Part shown: positions 20,740 through 29,833 of the stretch, piece after piece | Layout: each line of letters begins with the position of its first letter | Numbering within the stretch: position 1 is the first letter of the stretch | From: Rickettsiales bacterium | GTDB taxonomy: Bacteria > Pseudomonadota > Alphaproteobacteria > Rickettsiales > BLZN01 | Length of the DNA: 64,000 bases | NCBI GenBank assembly: GCA_014132315.1 | Contig: BLZN01000104.1 | Location: forward strand, 35,623-99,622 | Direction: 5' to 3' | Made by a program: the position numbers and the translations under genes | The notes under the pieces: generated by a model | Told to the model about the DNA's origin: nothing | What the model saw: the letters and a program-made list of their open reading frames with translations, nothing else | Database searches by the model: none

Positions 20740-20961
20740 CTACACGTCATAATTGCTATAATGATCATATTCATCGTAAGTAGTATACACCACTGGCTGA
20801 TATTCCACATAATAGGGCGTATTATAAGGATATCCGTATTCTACAAATACAACTTCCTGTTGATAATGTTGGGAAACATAGTAATAACCCAGTCCAAAGG
20901 CGGCTCCAACCGCGAGGCCAAATAATATTTCTAAAGCAAGCATACCAACAACAAAACACAT
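20740..20961 (-). CDS. 73-aa membrane-anchored Tyr-rich acidic mini-protein
   Basis: N-terminal TM-like segment (FVVGMLALEILFGLAVGAAFGLG), then a tail with 15 Tyr. SD AAGGA and a TATAAT-containing promoter-like motif lie upstream. Confidence 0.55.
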   Translation of the reverse strand: MCFVVGMLALEILFGLAVGAAFGLGYYYVSQHYQQEVVFVEYGYPYNTPYYVEYQPVVYTTYDEYDHYSNYDV

Positions 20962-20979
20962 AAACTTTCCTTATAAATA

Positions 20980-20992
20980 AATATTATATCAA
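20980..20992 (-). promoter_or_regulatory. TTGATATAATATT promoter-like motif for the 73-aa ORF
   Basis: The minus strand reads GTATAATATCTTGATATAATATTTATTTATAAGGAAAGTTTATG. About 48 nt of this leader are duplicated at 21119-21163. Confidence 0.45.
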
Positions 20993-21034
20993 GATATTAT
21001 ACATAATAGATCGTATCATAAACATATACGTATT

Positions 21035-21118
21035 CTACTTGAGGGGGGGCGTGTATGTAAGTTCGTGAACTACTAGGCCGGCAGCGACCGTATATAAAAA
21101 AGGTATCAAAAAAGGCAT
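21035..21118 (-). pseudogene. truncated or frameshifted tandem paralog of the 73-aa Tyr-rich gene (27 codons as read)
   Basis: Same leader, a perfect AGGAGG SD, and a hydrophobic N-terminus (MPFLIPFLYTVAAGLVV). The frame terminates just after a C7 tract. One extra C would give ...PPPQVEYVYVYDTIYYV* (40 aa, Tyr-rich like its neighbour). Confidence 0.45.
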
Positions 21119-21137
21119 AAATTCCTCCTATAAATAA

Positions 21138-21150
21138 AATATTATATTAA
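21138..21150 (-). promoter_or_regulatory. TTAATATAATATT promoter-like motif for the 27-codon ORF
   Basis: The minus strand reads GTATAATATCTTAATATAATATTTTATTTATAGGAGGAATTTATG. Confidence 0.45.
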
Positions 21151-21220
21151 GATATTATACAATAATGTCCAAAAACTAAAGTTTGTTAAATTGTTATTTA
21201 TGACAAAAAGTACATATTAA

Positions 21221-21439
21221 CTATAATACTAAAGGCATAGAATCAGTTATCCAGACCCAACCAGCAAAAGGATCCCAAGCCAAAGTTTGACAATAATAGT
21301 TGGTTACGCAATAATAGTTGGTTTCACATAGATATGTTCCAAAAAACCAATAACAGTCTTGAACTGGGTAACAATCTTCATATGCAACTACTCTGTCGCA
21401 AGTAGGGACATAGTAATCAACTACTATCATATCAGTCAT
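21221..21439 (-). CDS. 72-aa Cys/Tyr/Trp-rich orphan peptide
   Basis: Perfect SD (AGGAGG, 5-nt spacer). Six Cys with spacing C-x8-C-x5-C-x8-C-x5-C-x5-C. Internal TNYYC duplication encoded by an 18-nt tandem repeat (21291-21326). Confidence 0.5.
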   Translation of the reverse strand: MTDMIVVDYYVPTCDRVVAYEDCYPVQDCYWFFGTYLCETNYYCVTNYYCQTLAWDPFAGWVWITDSMPLVL

Positions 21440-21593
21440 ATCATCCTCCTAAAAAGTTAAATCATTATTAATTATAAACACAAAAATATATCTAATTTCA
21501 AGTACTTTAAATAAAAAAATTGCTTTTTTTAAAAGATTAATGCAATGGGCTTATCCATTCCGGATATCCATTCTAATTATAGCAATATATTCA

Positions 21594-21863
21594 TTATCCC
21601 AAAAAAGAGTCATAATCAAGGACATCACGGTCATATACATTAAACAGGCCTTGAGTAGCTATATTATCTCCTGCCAATGTACCAGTCAAATCAACACTAC
21701 TAGGTAGCCACCAAGGTTTATAAGAATAGCCCTCACTAACTACAGCACTATCATACCAATATTCTTGTCGGACATGTATTATGCCAGGCTCATAAGTATA
21801 TATAAATTTTGCATAATCAGCAACAGATTCAGATCCACAACCAGTAATAGCTTTAGATGTCAT
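21594..21863 (-). CDS. 89-aa aromatic-rich acidic orphan protein
   Basis: Isolated ORF in an AT-rich spacer, co-oriented with the other small ORFs. Composition is rich in Y, W and D. SD-like AGGT upstream. Confidence 0.4.
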   Translation of the reverse strand: MTSKAITGCGSESVADYAKFIYTYEPGIIHVRQEYWYDSAVVSEGYSYKPWWLPSSVDLTGTLAGDNIATQGLFNVYDRDVLDYDSFLG

Positions 21864-21950
21864 ACTTACCTAATTAATAATATGTTCATTTTTGATATTA
21901 ACATAAAATGTTAATATATCGCAATATAATTAATATAAATTTTTATGATA

Positions 21951-23228
21951 TTAAGCAATTGCCTTGATTCTAGCAATGCATTCCTCTTTGCCCAGAGAAA
22001 TCATAACTTCAAAAATATTAGGAGATCTCATAGTGCCGGTCAAGACAGCACGTAAAGACTGCATTACCTTTTTAAACTCCCAAGAATTATCCTTAGCAAA
22101 AGTTTTTAATGATCTGCCCAAGCAATCAGAGCTCCAATCTTCCTCTCGCAGCTGCTCGAGGGTTGGCAAAATCAAACTGAGAATATCGCTGCCGAAGTTA
22201 TCCATTATCTCAGCAGCAGCAGAATCGTATTCCACCTCCTCCAAATAAAATCTCCCTGCTCTTATAATGTCTATTAAGGTAGCGGCCCTCTCTTTAAGTC
22301 CTGATATTCCCATAGCTAGAGGCTTTCTCTGCGCCATATCAGGCATAAAGCCGAGTTCCTTTTTGATAAACGGCTCAATCATTTCGAGTAAAACGCTAGA
22401 ATCAGTGTTTGCTATATAATATTTATTAATGTTCTTTAGCTTTGTGATATCAAAGCAGGCAGGAGATTTCCCTATATCCTGAAGCTTGAACCAGCTTTTG
22501 GCTTGCTCATCAGAAATAATTTCGTCGTCACCGTGGCTCCAGCCCAGTCTCAGCAAGTAATTTCTCATAGCAGCAGGCAAAAAACCCATATTCTGATATT
22601 CATCCAGGCCTAAAGCACCATGACGCTTGGAGAGCTTAGCGCCATCTTCACCATGAATCAGCGGTATATGGGCAAATTTCGGCACCTCCCAACCCAAATA
22701 ACTATATAAAATCACTTGTAAAGTCGTGTTAGTTAGGTGATCAGCACCCCGAATCACGTGCGATATCCCTTCATCATGGTCATCCACGACCACAGCCAGC
22801 ATGTAAGTCGGTGCACCATCGCTACGCGTGATCACTACATCATGCAGCTCTGCATTGCTCACCTCGATTCTGCCATAAACCTCATCATCAAAAGCTGTTA
22901 TGCCCTCTTTCGGCGCTTTCAAACGCACCGCCCCATCGTCCAAGTAAGCCTTACCGCTCTGCAACAAAAATTCTGTGATCTGCTTATGTCTAGGGATATT
23001 GTCAGTCTGGAATATGAGCTCATCATAATCAAGGCCCAGCCACTGCATACCATTCATAATAGCATCTGTCGCCTGTTTGGTAGAGCGCGCACGGTCAGTG
23101 TCTTCCACCCGCAAAATGAACTTGCCATTGCCAGCGCGGGCATATAACAAATTAAATAAGGCAGTTCTAGCCCCACCAATATGCAAAAAACCGGTCGGCG
23201 AAGGGGCAAATCTAGTTACTATTTGCAT
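21951..23228 (-). CDS. gltX: glutamyl-tRNA synthetase (short alphaproteobacterial form)
   Basis: HIGH motif PSPTGFLHIGGART and KMSKS motif KLSKRH. Confidence 0.92.
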   Translation of the reverse strand: MQIVTRFAPSPTGFLHIGGARTALFNLLYARAGNGKFILRVEDTDRARSTKQATDAIMNGMQWLGLDYDELIFQTDNIPRHKQITEFLLQSGKAYLDDGAVRLKAPKEGITAFDDEVYGRIEVSNAELHDVVITRSDGAPTYMLAVVVDDHDEGISHVIRGADHLTNTTLQVILYSYLGWEVPKFAHIPLIHGEDGAKLSKRHGALGLDEYQNMGFLPAAMRNYLLRLGWSHGDDEIISDEQAKSWFKLQDIGKSPACFDITKLKNINKYYIANTDSSVLLEMIEPFIKKELGFMPDMAQRKPLAMGISGLKERAATLIDIIRAGRFYLEEVEYDSAAAEIMDNFGSDILSLILPTLEQLREEDWSSDCLGRSLKTFAKDNSWEFKKVMQSLRAVLTGTMRSPNIFEVMISLGKEECIARIKAIA

Positions 23229-23231
23229 TAT

Positions 23232-24473
23232 TTACTCATTGAAAATTTCTCTTAGTTTCATAATCAGACCTTCATTCTCAACGCTTTCTTGATATCCACT
23301 TTGCAGCAGCTTCAGTGTGTAAGTATTATTACTAATCTCATCCTCACCAAATATTAGCGCTGCTTTAGCTCCATGTTTGTCTACCCTCTTCATTCTCTTA
23401 CTCAAGCTGCCATTATAGTCTAAAGACACCGTAAAACCCAGATTTCTTAGCTCATAAGCCAGAGAAAATGCATGCTTTTCCGCTTGGCTACCGATCGGCA
23501 CCAAAGCTAAAAAAGCATATGATTTGGGGTGATATTCAATCAGTTCAATTATCCTCTCAATGCCGGCTGCAAAGCCAACCGCATCTAGCGCTCTGTTGCA
23601 AATAAATGAGCAATCATATCTGCCGCCACCCAGAACCGTGGATTGTGCCCCTAAATCATCACTGATAAATTCAAATGCAGTATGCACGTAATAGTCCAAG
23701 CCTCTTACCAAATGAGGATTTATCTTATATTGGATTCCAAGATCCTGCAGGAGCGTCCGTACTTGCTCAAAAAAAGCCTGAGCCTGACTGGTATAAAAAT
23801 CACCAATCTTAGGCACATTACTCAGAATCTGCCTATCTTTTTCATCCTTTGAGTCTAGAATCCGCAGCGGATTTTTGCTGAATCTCGCTCTGCTATTAGC
23901 CGATAAATCATCATAATAAGGACGCAGGTAATCAAGCAGAGCCTGACGATAATTCTGTCTGGTCTTTTGGTCTCCCAAAGAATTAATCTCCAGTCTCAAC
24001 CTATCCAGCAGACCAATCTTGCGCAGGAAAGCTGCAGCTAAAGCAACAATTTCAGCATCTGCATAAGGCTCAGACAAGCCCAGAACCTCACAGTTAATCT
24101 GATGAAACTGCCTGTGACGGCCTCTTTGCGGCCTATCATATCTAAAGACAGGCCCAGAAGCAAAAAAACGCAAAGGCAAATCATTCCAAAGACCGGCATT
24201 ATTGAGCATCCGAACAATAGAGGCGGTATATTCCGGCCTCAAGGTCAAGCTATTGCCGCTTTTATCCTCAAAGCTATACATCTCCTTCGAAACAACATCC
24301 GAGCTGCCGCCCAAGGCTCTGGCAAACAGCTCGGTATGCTCAAAAATTGGTGTATCAACTCGCTTGAATCCATGTAGCCTTGCAATATCAAATGCAGCAC
24401 TCTGGACATGATGAAAAATCTCATGGTAATCAGGCAGCAGATCCTTAGTCCCACGGGGAGGTCTTTCTAACAT
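23232..24473 (-). CDS. hisS: histidyl-tRNA synthetase
   Basis: Class II aaRS motifs (RGTKDLLP, FRYDRPQRGRHRQFHQ, GGGRYD). Likely start is the ATG at 24473 (MLERPPRG); the track ORF extends to 24515. Confidence 0.92.
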   Translation of the reverse strand: MLERPPRGTKDLLPDYHEIFHHVQSAAFDIARLHGFKRVDTPIFEHTELFARALGGSSDVVSKEMYSFEDKSGNSLTLRPEYTASIVRMLNNAGLWNDLPLRFFASGPVFRYDRPQRGRHRQFHQINCEVLGLSEPYADAEIVALAAAFLRKIGLLDRLRLEINSLGDQKTRQNYRQALLDYLRPYYDDLSANSRARFSKNPLRILDSKDEKDRQILSNVPKIGDFYTSQAQAFFEQVRTLLQDLGIQYKINPHLVRGLDYYVHTAFEFISDDLGAQSTVLGGGRYDCSFICNRALDAVGFAAGIERIIELIEYHPKSYAFLALVPIGSQAEKHAFSLAYELRNLGFTVSLDYNGSLSKRMKRVDKHGAKAALIFGEDEISNNTYTLKLLQSGYQESVENEGLIMKLREIFNE

Positions 24474-24573
24474 AAGCTCAGGTCCGATAAAATCACAGAA
24501 TAGACAAGCAAACAATATAGCTAGACAAATGCCTAGCTAAAGCATAGCATAATATTTTATCTAATATAGTTCT

Positions 24574-25335
24574 ATGTCATGGATTACAATCAGAACACTC
24601 TACATCAAAGAAGTAAAACGTTTTATTAAAGTATATAATCAAACGATTCTGGCGCCAATAATCAATTCTCTATTATTTCTATTGGTATTTAACGTTGCAC
24701 TTAAAAATAGGACCTCTATATCAGCAGAAATAAGCTATGCAGAATTTGTCGCAGCGGGCCTGATAATTATGGCCGCAACCCAGGGCTCCTATGCTAATAC
24801 ATCTTCAACCATCATCATGGCAAAAGTCCTTGGAACTATTGCGGATTATTTGATACCCCCTTTCAAAAACTGGGAATTAATCGCCATTAGCATCACAGCG
24901 GCCGTTACGCGGAGTTTTATTGTTGCAACTCTAACCGCAATATGCATGGGATTACTTACAGGGATAAAAATTTATAGCATAACCATAGTGCTAATATATA
25001 TAACTTTAGCCTCGATCCTCACGGCGCTGCTTGGCATGATATCATCATTTTTATCAAACAGTTTTGATCAAGCTGCCGTTTTCAATAACTATGTAATCTC
25101 TCCGCTCACCTTCCTATCCGGAACTTTTTATTCAGTGCACGATCTGCCGGCTTTCTGGTATAAAATTAGCCAGGTCAATCCTTTCTTCTATTTCATAGAC
25201 GGATTCCGATTCGGCTTAACAGGTCACCATGAGTCAAATTTATATATCGGGATCATATCACTGTGCACAGCCAACATGCTGCTGTGGGCCATAGCCCACA
25301 TTATACTTACCTCCGGCTATAAAATTAAGACCTGA
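24574..25335 (+). CDS. ABC-2 type transporter permease
   Basis: 253 aa with about 6 TM segments and ABC-2 family-like topology. No ATPase partner is adjacent. Confidence 0.6.
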   Translation: MSWITIRTLYIKEVKRFIKVYNQTILAPIINSLLFLLVFNVALKNRTSISAEISYAEFVAAGLIIMAATQGSYANTSSTIIMAKVLGTIADYLIPPFKNWELIAISITAAVTRSFIVATLTAICMGLLTGIKIYSITIVLIYITLASILTALLGMISSFLSNSFDQAAVFNNYVISPLTFLSGTFYSVHDLPAFWYKISQVNPFFYFIDGFRFGLTGHHESNLYIGIISLCTANMLLWAIAHIILTSGYKIKT

Positions 25336-25426
25336 GAGTGTTAACAAAATACTAATATTCTATTTAGGTTTTAATTGATAGCTAAATATAGTATTATGGT
25401 ATTAAGAATAACAAAAAGAGAAAAAA

Positions 25427-26551
25427 ATGGCACCACCAAATCATCCACCTAAGACCAATGAGGTAAAAGGGCAACAAAGCAAAGTCGGAGGAGATTCTGA
25501 ACCCGGAGAGCAGCCTGTCAAGCTGCCGTTTAGTGCAGAAGAATTGCAAAAAGCCAAGAAAACTCTAAAACACGTAGAAATCATAAAGCAGAAGGAGGAA
25601 AGGCCGAATCAAGATACCGAGCGAGCTGAAGGGTTTAGGCCTAAAATAGCACCAAAGCCAAGATACCTTAAACGCAATTCTCCTCCAGAGAAGCGCGGAG
25701 AACAGGTTCAGGAAAGTGACCCTTTTAATATTTTAGACATCAAGCCCACAGTTTTCAGATCAGTAGCATACTTAAGCCCAATCGTAGATTTGGAAGGAGC
25801 GCAGGCGAAATACACAAATAAAAGAAAAGAAAAGAACGACAGTGCCAAGTTGCTTAAAAAGAAAAAAGAAGAGCTGCGCGGTACAAGATGGTTTAAAATA
25901 TTCAAGCGAATAAAGTTAAGCATAGAAATAAGGCAAAGAAAGAAAGAATATGAAGCAGCAAAAAACGCAAGTTCCTCAGCAGCTCGTGAACTCCAATGTG
26001 CCCTAGGAAATACAGCAGATGCGCAAGATTTTATTCCAATAAAATTGGATGAATTAGAAAAATTCTTAGAACAAGACAATGAAATCGCACAAGAAATCTC
26101 GAATTTTTGTGCGGAGCGCGATCTCAAGATAGAAACATTTGTACCAAATGAGCGTAGTATTCAAACAGCACATCAAAATATTAAATGCTTAGATATAAAA
26201 GCCATTTTATATCACGTATTATTAGAAGACACTGCTGCCACTACTGACAGCAAGAGGATGAGATGCATTAGAATAGTTGAAAAATGCATTGAGGAAATCG
26301 AAAAATGTCCAACATTTGATCGGGAAGAACACGAGCCTATATATTTTCAGAAAGAGGAAATAAAAAGACTAAGAGGAAATGTACTTAATCTTCAGGAGCT
26401 TAAAAGCCTCGTCGGAGATTTCAAACAATCTCTCGAAGAGAAAATGGAAAGAGAATTAAAGGAGGAGCACAAAAAAGACAAGGTGCAAGGCCAAGAAGAC
26501 AGCAAAACGCCACCAAAAACTGAAAGCAGAAGCGCATCATTAGGCCGCTAG
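25427..26551 (+). CDS. orphan Lys/Glu-rich protein with a Pro-rich N-terminus (candidate secreted effector)
   Basis: 374 aa with no recognisable catalytic motif. The N-terminus is Pro-rich and contains a WH2-like LPFSAEELQKAKKTLKHV stretch; the rest is predicted helical and charged. Confidence 0.55.
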   Translation: MAPPNHPPKTNEVKGQQSKVGGDSEPGEQPVKLPFSAEELQKAKKTLKHVEIIKQKEERPNQDTERAEGFRPKIAPKPRYLKRNSPPEKRGEQVQESDPFNILDIKPTVFRSVAYLSPIVDLEGAQAKYTNKRKEKNDSAKLLKKKKEELRGTRWFKIFKRIKLSIEIRQRKKEYEAAKNASSSAARELQCALGNTADAQDFIPIKLDELEKFLEQDNEIAQEISNFCAERDLKIETFVPNERSIQTAHQNIKCLDIKAILYHVLLEDTAATTDSKRMRCIRIVEKCIEEIEKCPTFDREEHEPIYFQKEEIKRLRGNVLNLQELKSLVGDFKQSLEEKMERELKEEHKKDKVQGQEDSKTPPKTESRSASLGR

Positions 26552-26601
26552 GCTTGAATAAAAACTAATTTGGAGGTCTCTTTTACCATTTTCTATAGAA
26601 T

Positions 26602-27132
26602 ATGCTAATAAAACATCACATAGCTTTGGTGGGTTTTATGGCTAGCGGAAAATCCACTATAGGCAAGATGCTAGCGGAAAAAATCAATGCTGATTTCTGT
26701 GACCTAGATGAGATAATCGCATCTGAGGAGAAAAAGAGTATTGAGAGAATTTTTGCTGTCAAGGGGGAGCACTATTTCCGCCTTGTTGAGTCAAAAGCAC
26801 TCAAAAACCTGTTAAGCAAAAAACCTGCAGTCATGGCGTTAGGAGGAGGTGCATTCATAGCGCCTCAGGCAAGGCACTTACTATTCGGTCGAGCCACAAC
26901 AATCTGGATCCAAGCAAATTTTAATATATTATATAAGAGATTAGATAGTACCAATAGACCCCTAGTGCCACGCAAAGGGAGATATAGCGCCCTGGGCAAG
27001 CTAAACAACAAAAGACAAAGCATATATAGAAAAGCAGATCTGCATGTCGCATCTCATCAGCTGAACGCTGAAGAAGTGGCAGATAAAGTTATCAAAGAGC
27101 TAAAAACCAGTCGATTTGTCCTTTCTGATTAA
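26602..27132 (+). CDS. aroK: shikimate kinase
   Basis: P-loop GFMASGKSTIGK, D..IE motif and GGG(A) motif ALGGGAF. Confidence 0.88.
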   Translation: MLIKHHIALVGFMASGKSTIGKMLAEKINADFCDLDEIIASEEKKSIERIFAVKGEHYFRLVESKALKNLLSKKPAVMALGGGAFIAPQARHLLFGRATTIWIQANFNILYKRLDSTNRPLVPRKGRYSALGKLNNKRQSIYRKADLHVASHQLNAEEVADKVIKELKTSRFVLSD

Positions 27133-27615
27133 GACATAAAAAGCTCCATCGCCGCCATGTTTTCTGCTAGCAGGACCAAAATATAAAATATAGCTGCGCA
27201 TTTTTTGGTTGTTCAACCAAAGTGGTATTTGCTCTCTAATTGTTCTGTTGCCATTTTCTGCGCCACTTTTGCCCTTGCCGCTTATCACCAAAACACAGCG
27301 CTTTCCGCCGTAAAAACTGGCACTGATAAACTCATTTAGCTTATTGTAAGCCTCATCCAGGGTGCAGCCATGCAGATCTAAAATATCACTGATTGCTCGC
27401 TTGCCCTGTCTGATTTTTTTGATCGAGCCCTTATCCGCAGAGATAATCTGTCCGGCAGACAAATCTGGTAGCTCTTTAAGCTGCGGTTTTCTAATATGGG
27501 TTTTCTTTTTCGTGACCACTAGTTCTGTGTCGGATTGAATATTCAGCTGTTTTCTTTTTTTGATAGGCCTTATAGGCCCAATAAAACTATCCCAGCAATC
27601 CTTGTCAGACACCAA
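27100..27615 (-). CDS. Smr-domain protein
   Basis: C-terminal Smr domain: ILDLHGCTLDEAYNKLNEFI...VLVISGKG...LNN....Y. The 3' end overlaps aroK convergently by 33 nt. Confidence 0.75.
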   Translation of the reverse strand: MVSDKDCWDSFIGPIRPIKKRKQLNIQSDTELVVTKKKTHIRKPQLKELPDLSAGQIISADKGSIKKIRQGKRAISDILDLHGCTLDEAYNKLNEFISASFYGGKRCVLVISGKGKSGAENGNRTIREQIPLWLNNQKMRSYILYFGPASRKHGGDGAFYVLIRKDKSTGF

Positions 27616-27685
27616 ATCCCATAAATACTAATGGTTTTTCTCGATATTTTATACTAGCATAAGCATAAACAAATTTTAAAAAGCC

Positions 27686-28726
27686 ATGCAAAAAATAATA
27701 TGGTGGGGCGCAGTTTCTGCTTTGCTTGCTGCATTTATATTCATAGTCAAGCCAATCCTCACTCCTTTTGTGCTGTCATTTGCTTTTGCATATTTCCTAA
27801 ATCCGGCGGTCATGGCGCTAGAAAAACTGAAAATACGCAGAAGCATCGCGACATTATTCATCCTAGTCAGCTTTTTAGCGGTAATTATTCTTGCCATCTC
27901 TGCCCTGATACCCATCCTATTTGCAGAAGGCACAAAATTACTAAAATCTTTTAAAAATATAGATATAATCAACAATGAGATACTGGCAAAACTTTTAAGT
28001 GCAGTCGATAAGCTTCAGCTGAAAGATCTCAGGAGCATGGAAAAAAGCATGGGCAGTAGTTCTGAGCTGATAATAAGCGCTGCCAAAAATGGCTTGGCAA
28101 TTATCTGGCATTCCGGCGTTACATTCGTCGGCATCATTTCCTTTATCCTGATTACGCCGGTAGTAACATTTTATGTATTAAGAGACTGGAAAAAAATCAC
28201 CGCCAGTATACTCGGTCTAATTCCTAGAAAACAAATAGGGATAATCACTGAGCATCTCAGTAAAATCAACCACATACTTGCTGCTTATATCAGGGGACAG
28301 GTGAGCATTTGTTTGATATTAGGCGGTTTTTATGCCACTGCACTTACCATAGCGGGGCTGGAGCTGGCAATACTGACTGGCTCCATTATAGGCATATTAG
28401 CCTTCATACCTTATATCGGCGGTATAGCTGGCTTCCTAATGAGCCTTATTCTAGCACTGAAGCAATTCGACTCATGGATCCATATCGGCATTATCATATT
28501 CATCTTCACTAGCGGACAAATCTTTGAGAGCCTCTTTTTAACGCCCAAGCTGATAGGGAAAAAAGTAGACCTACACCCGGTTTGGGTGATATTCAGCATG
28601 CTTGTCGGGGGCGCAGTATATGGATTTCTTGGCGTATTAATCGCAGTGCCGACCGCAGCCACAATTGGGGTCATAATGCGCTCTATAATCCAGAAATATC
28701 GTCAAAGCCCAATCTACAGCGCCTAA
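27686..28726 (+). CDS. AI-2E family (PerM/YdiK-like) transporter
   Basis: 346 aa with about 8 TM segments. Family-typical C-terminal region (...GFYATALTIAGLELAILTG...IPYIG...LTPKLIGKKVDLHPV...). Confidence 0.8.
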   Translation: MQKIIWWGAVSALLAAFIFIVKPILTPFVLSFAFAYFLNPAVMALEKLKIRRSIATLFILVSFLAVIILAISALIPILFAEGTKLLKSFKNIDIINNEILAKLLSAVDKLQLKDLRSMEKSMGSSSELIISAAKNGLAIIWHSGVTFVGIISFILITPVVTFYVLRDWKKITASILGLIPRKQIGIITEHLSKINHILAAYIRGQVSICLILGGFYATALTIAGLELAILTGSIIGILAFIPYIGGIAGFLMSLILALKQFDSWIHIGIIIFIFTSGQIFESLFLTPKLIGKKVDLHPVWVIFSMLVGGAVYGFLGVLIAVPTAATIGVIMRSIIQKYRQSPIYSA

Positions 28727-28850
28727 AGGAAAATTAAGCCGGATCTGGGCAATATAAGTTTAATACTTTTTTATAGAAAATTTATAAATAACTTGTAACT
28801 TTAACAAGTTAATAATACAATAAATATTAGATTAACAATAATGAGAAAAA

Positions 28851-29747
28851 ATGAAAAATCAAGAAAAGCTTAACAAAGAGATGAAAAATCCGCCATCTTC
28901 AGAATTACAGGAACCCTCCTCTTATGAATTAGGACCAGAAGCTTTGAAAGACCTCGAAGAGGCTTCTGAGGATTGCCCTAATTGGAGGAGTAAAAAAGAT
29001 CCAGAAAGCAAGTTCGAAAAGGAATACAAATATTACAAGGCATACAAGGAGAGCGTTGAAGGTCTAAAGATGCACAATGACATACTTCTTTTTTTTGGAG
29101 AACGTCGCATCAAGACAATTAAATCTCCAGAAGCATTAGAAGGTGCTATTCAAGATGCAATTAACAATGCAGAGGCAAATAACATCAAAATACTTTTTGA
29201 GTGCAAAAATCCTTCTGGAACACTAACATGGGAAGCTGCAAAAAAGAAGGATGCAAAAGGGAATATATTTTCAAAATATGAAAATAGTATTAGAATATTT
29301 ACCAATGATGTCGGATATATAAAGGAAATTAAACTTAATGGAGTGTTAGAAGATTGCAAAAAAGATGAAGATCCAAAGCGACAGTTCTTATGTCAGCTCC
29401 TTATAAGGGAAATATTGCAAAACCTTGAATCAAAGGATGAATATAAGACTTTGCAGAAACTAATGAATTTGAAGGAGCAGTATAACTCGGAGAATGGAGC
29501 ACCAGTACATCTTGAGAGAGAAATAGTCTTATCCGGTCCATCACAAGCACTTTATGCAGGAAGCTTATCTAATGAACACAAAGGTATGTCCTGCAAAGGG
29601 CTCAAGGAAAAGTATATCACTCTTATTGATGATGATTTAGCAGAATCACTAGACGCGAAATATCAGGAAGAGAAGAGCAAAGAAGCACAAGGGGCCGAGA
29701 AGGTCTTCGATATTGATAAAGAGAAAGATGGATTTGTAATTGTTTAG
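28851..29747 (+). CDS. orphan charged protein (298 aa) carried on an insertion
   Basis: Long ORF preceded by a purine-rich stretch (aatgagaaaaa) rather than a clear SD. No recognisable domain. Lies between two copies of the transporter gene's 3' end. Confidence 0.5.
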   Translation: MKNQEKLNKEMKNPPSSELQEPSSYELGPEALKDLEEASEDCPNWRSKKDPESKFEKEYKYYKAYKESVEGLKMHNDILLFFGERRIKTIKSPEALEGAIQDAINNAEANNIKILFECKNPSGTLTWEAAKKKDAKGNIFSKYENSIRIFTNDVGYIKEIKLNGVLEDCKKDEDPKRQFLCQLLIREILQNLESKDEYKTLQKLMNLKEQYNSENGAPVHLEREIVLSGPSQALYAGSLSNEHKGMSCKGLKEKYITLIDDDLAESLDAKYQEEKSKEAQGAEKVFDIDKEKDGFVIV

Positions 29748-29763
29748 CAAGCTATGGGTAGGT

Positions 29764-29779
29764 AGGGGTTAACACCCCT
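29764..29779 (+). terminator. candidate stem-loop terminator after the 298-aa ORF
   Basis: aggggt-taac-acccct, 17 nt after the stop. The downstream T-tract is poor (cttgcctctg). Confidence 0.3.
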
Positions 29780-29833
29780 CTTGCCTCTGCGCAAAACAGC
29801 AAGTTGCCCGGATATCGCTCATAATAAGGAGAT

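Noticed and set aside
27100-27132. 33-nt convergent overlap of the aroK and smr 3' ends.
   Set aside because: This is ordinary gene compaction in a small genome, with no evidence of regulatory significance.
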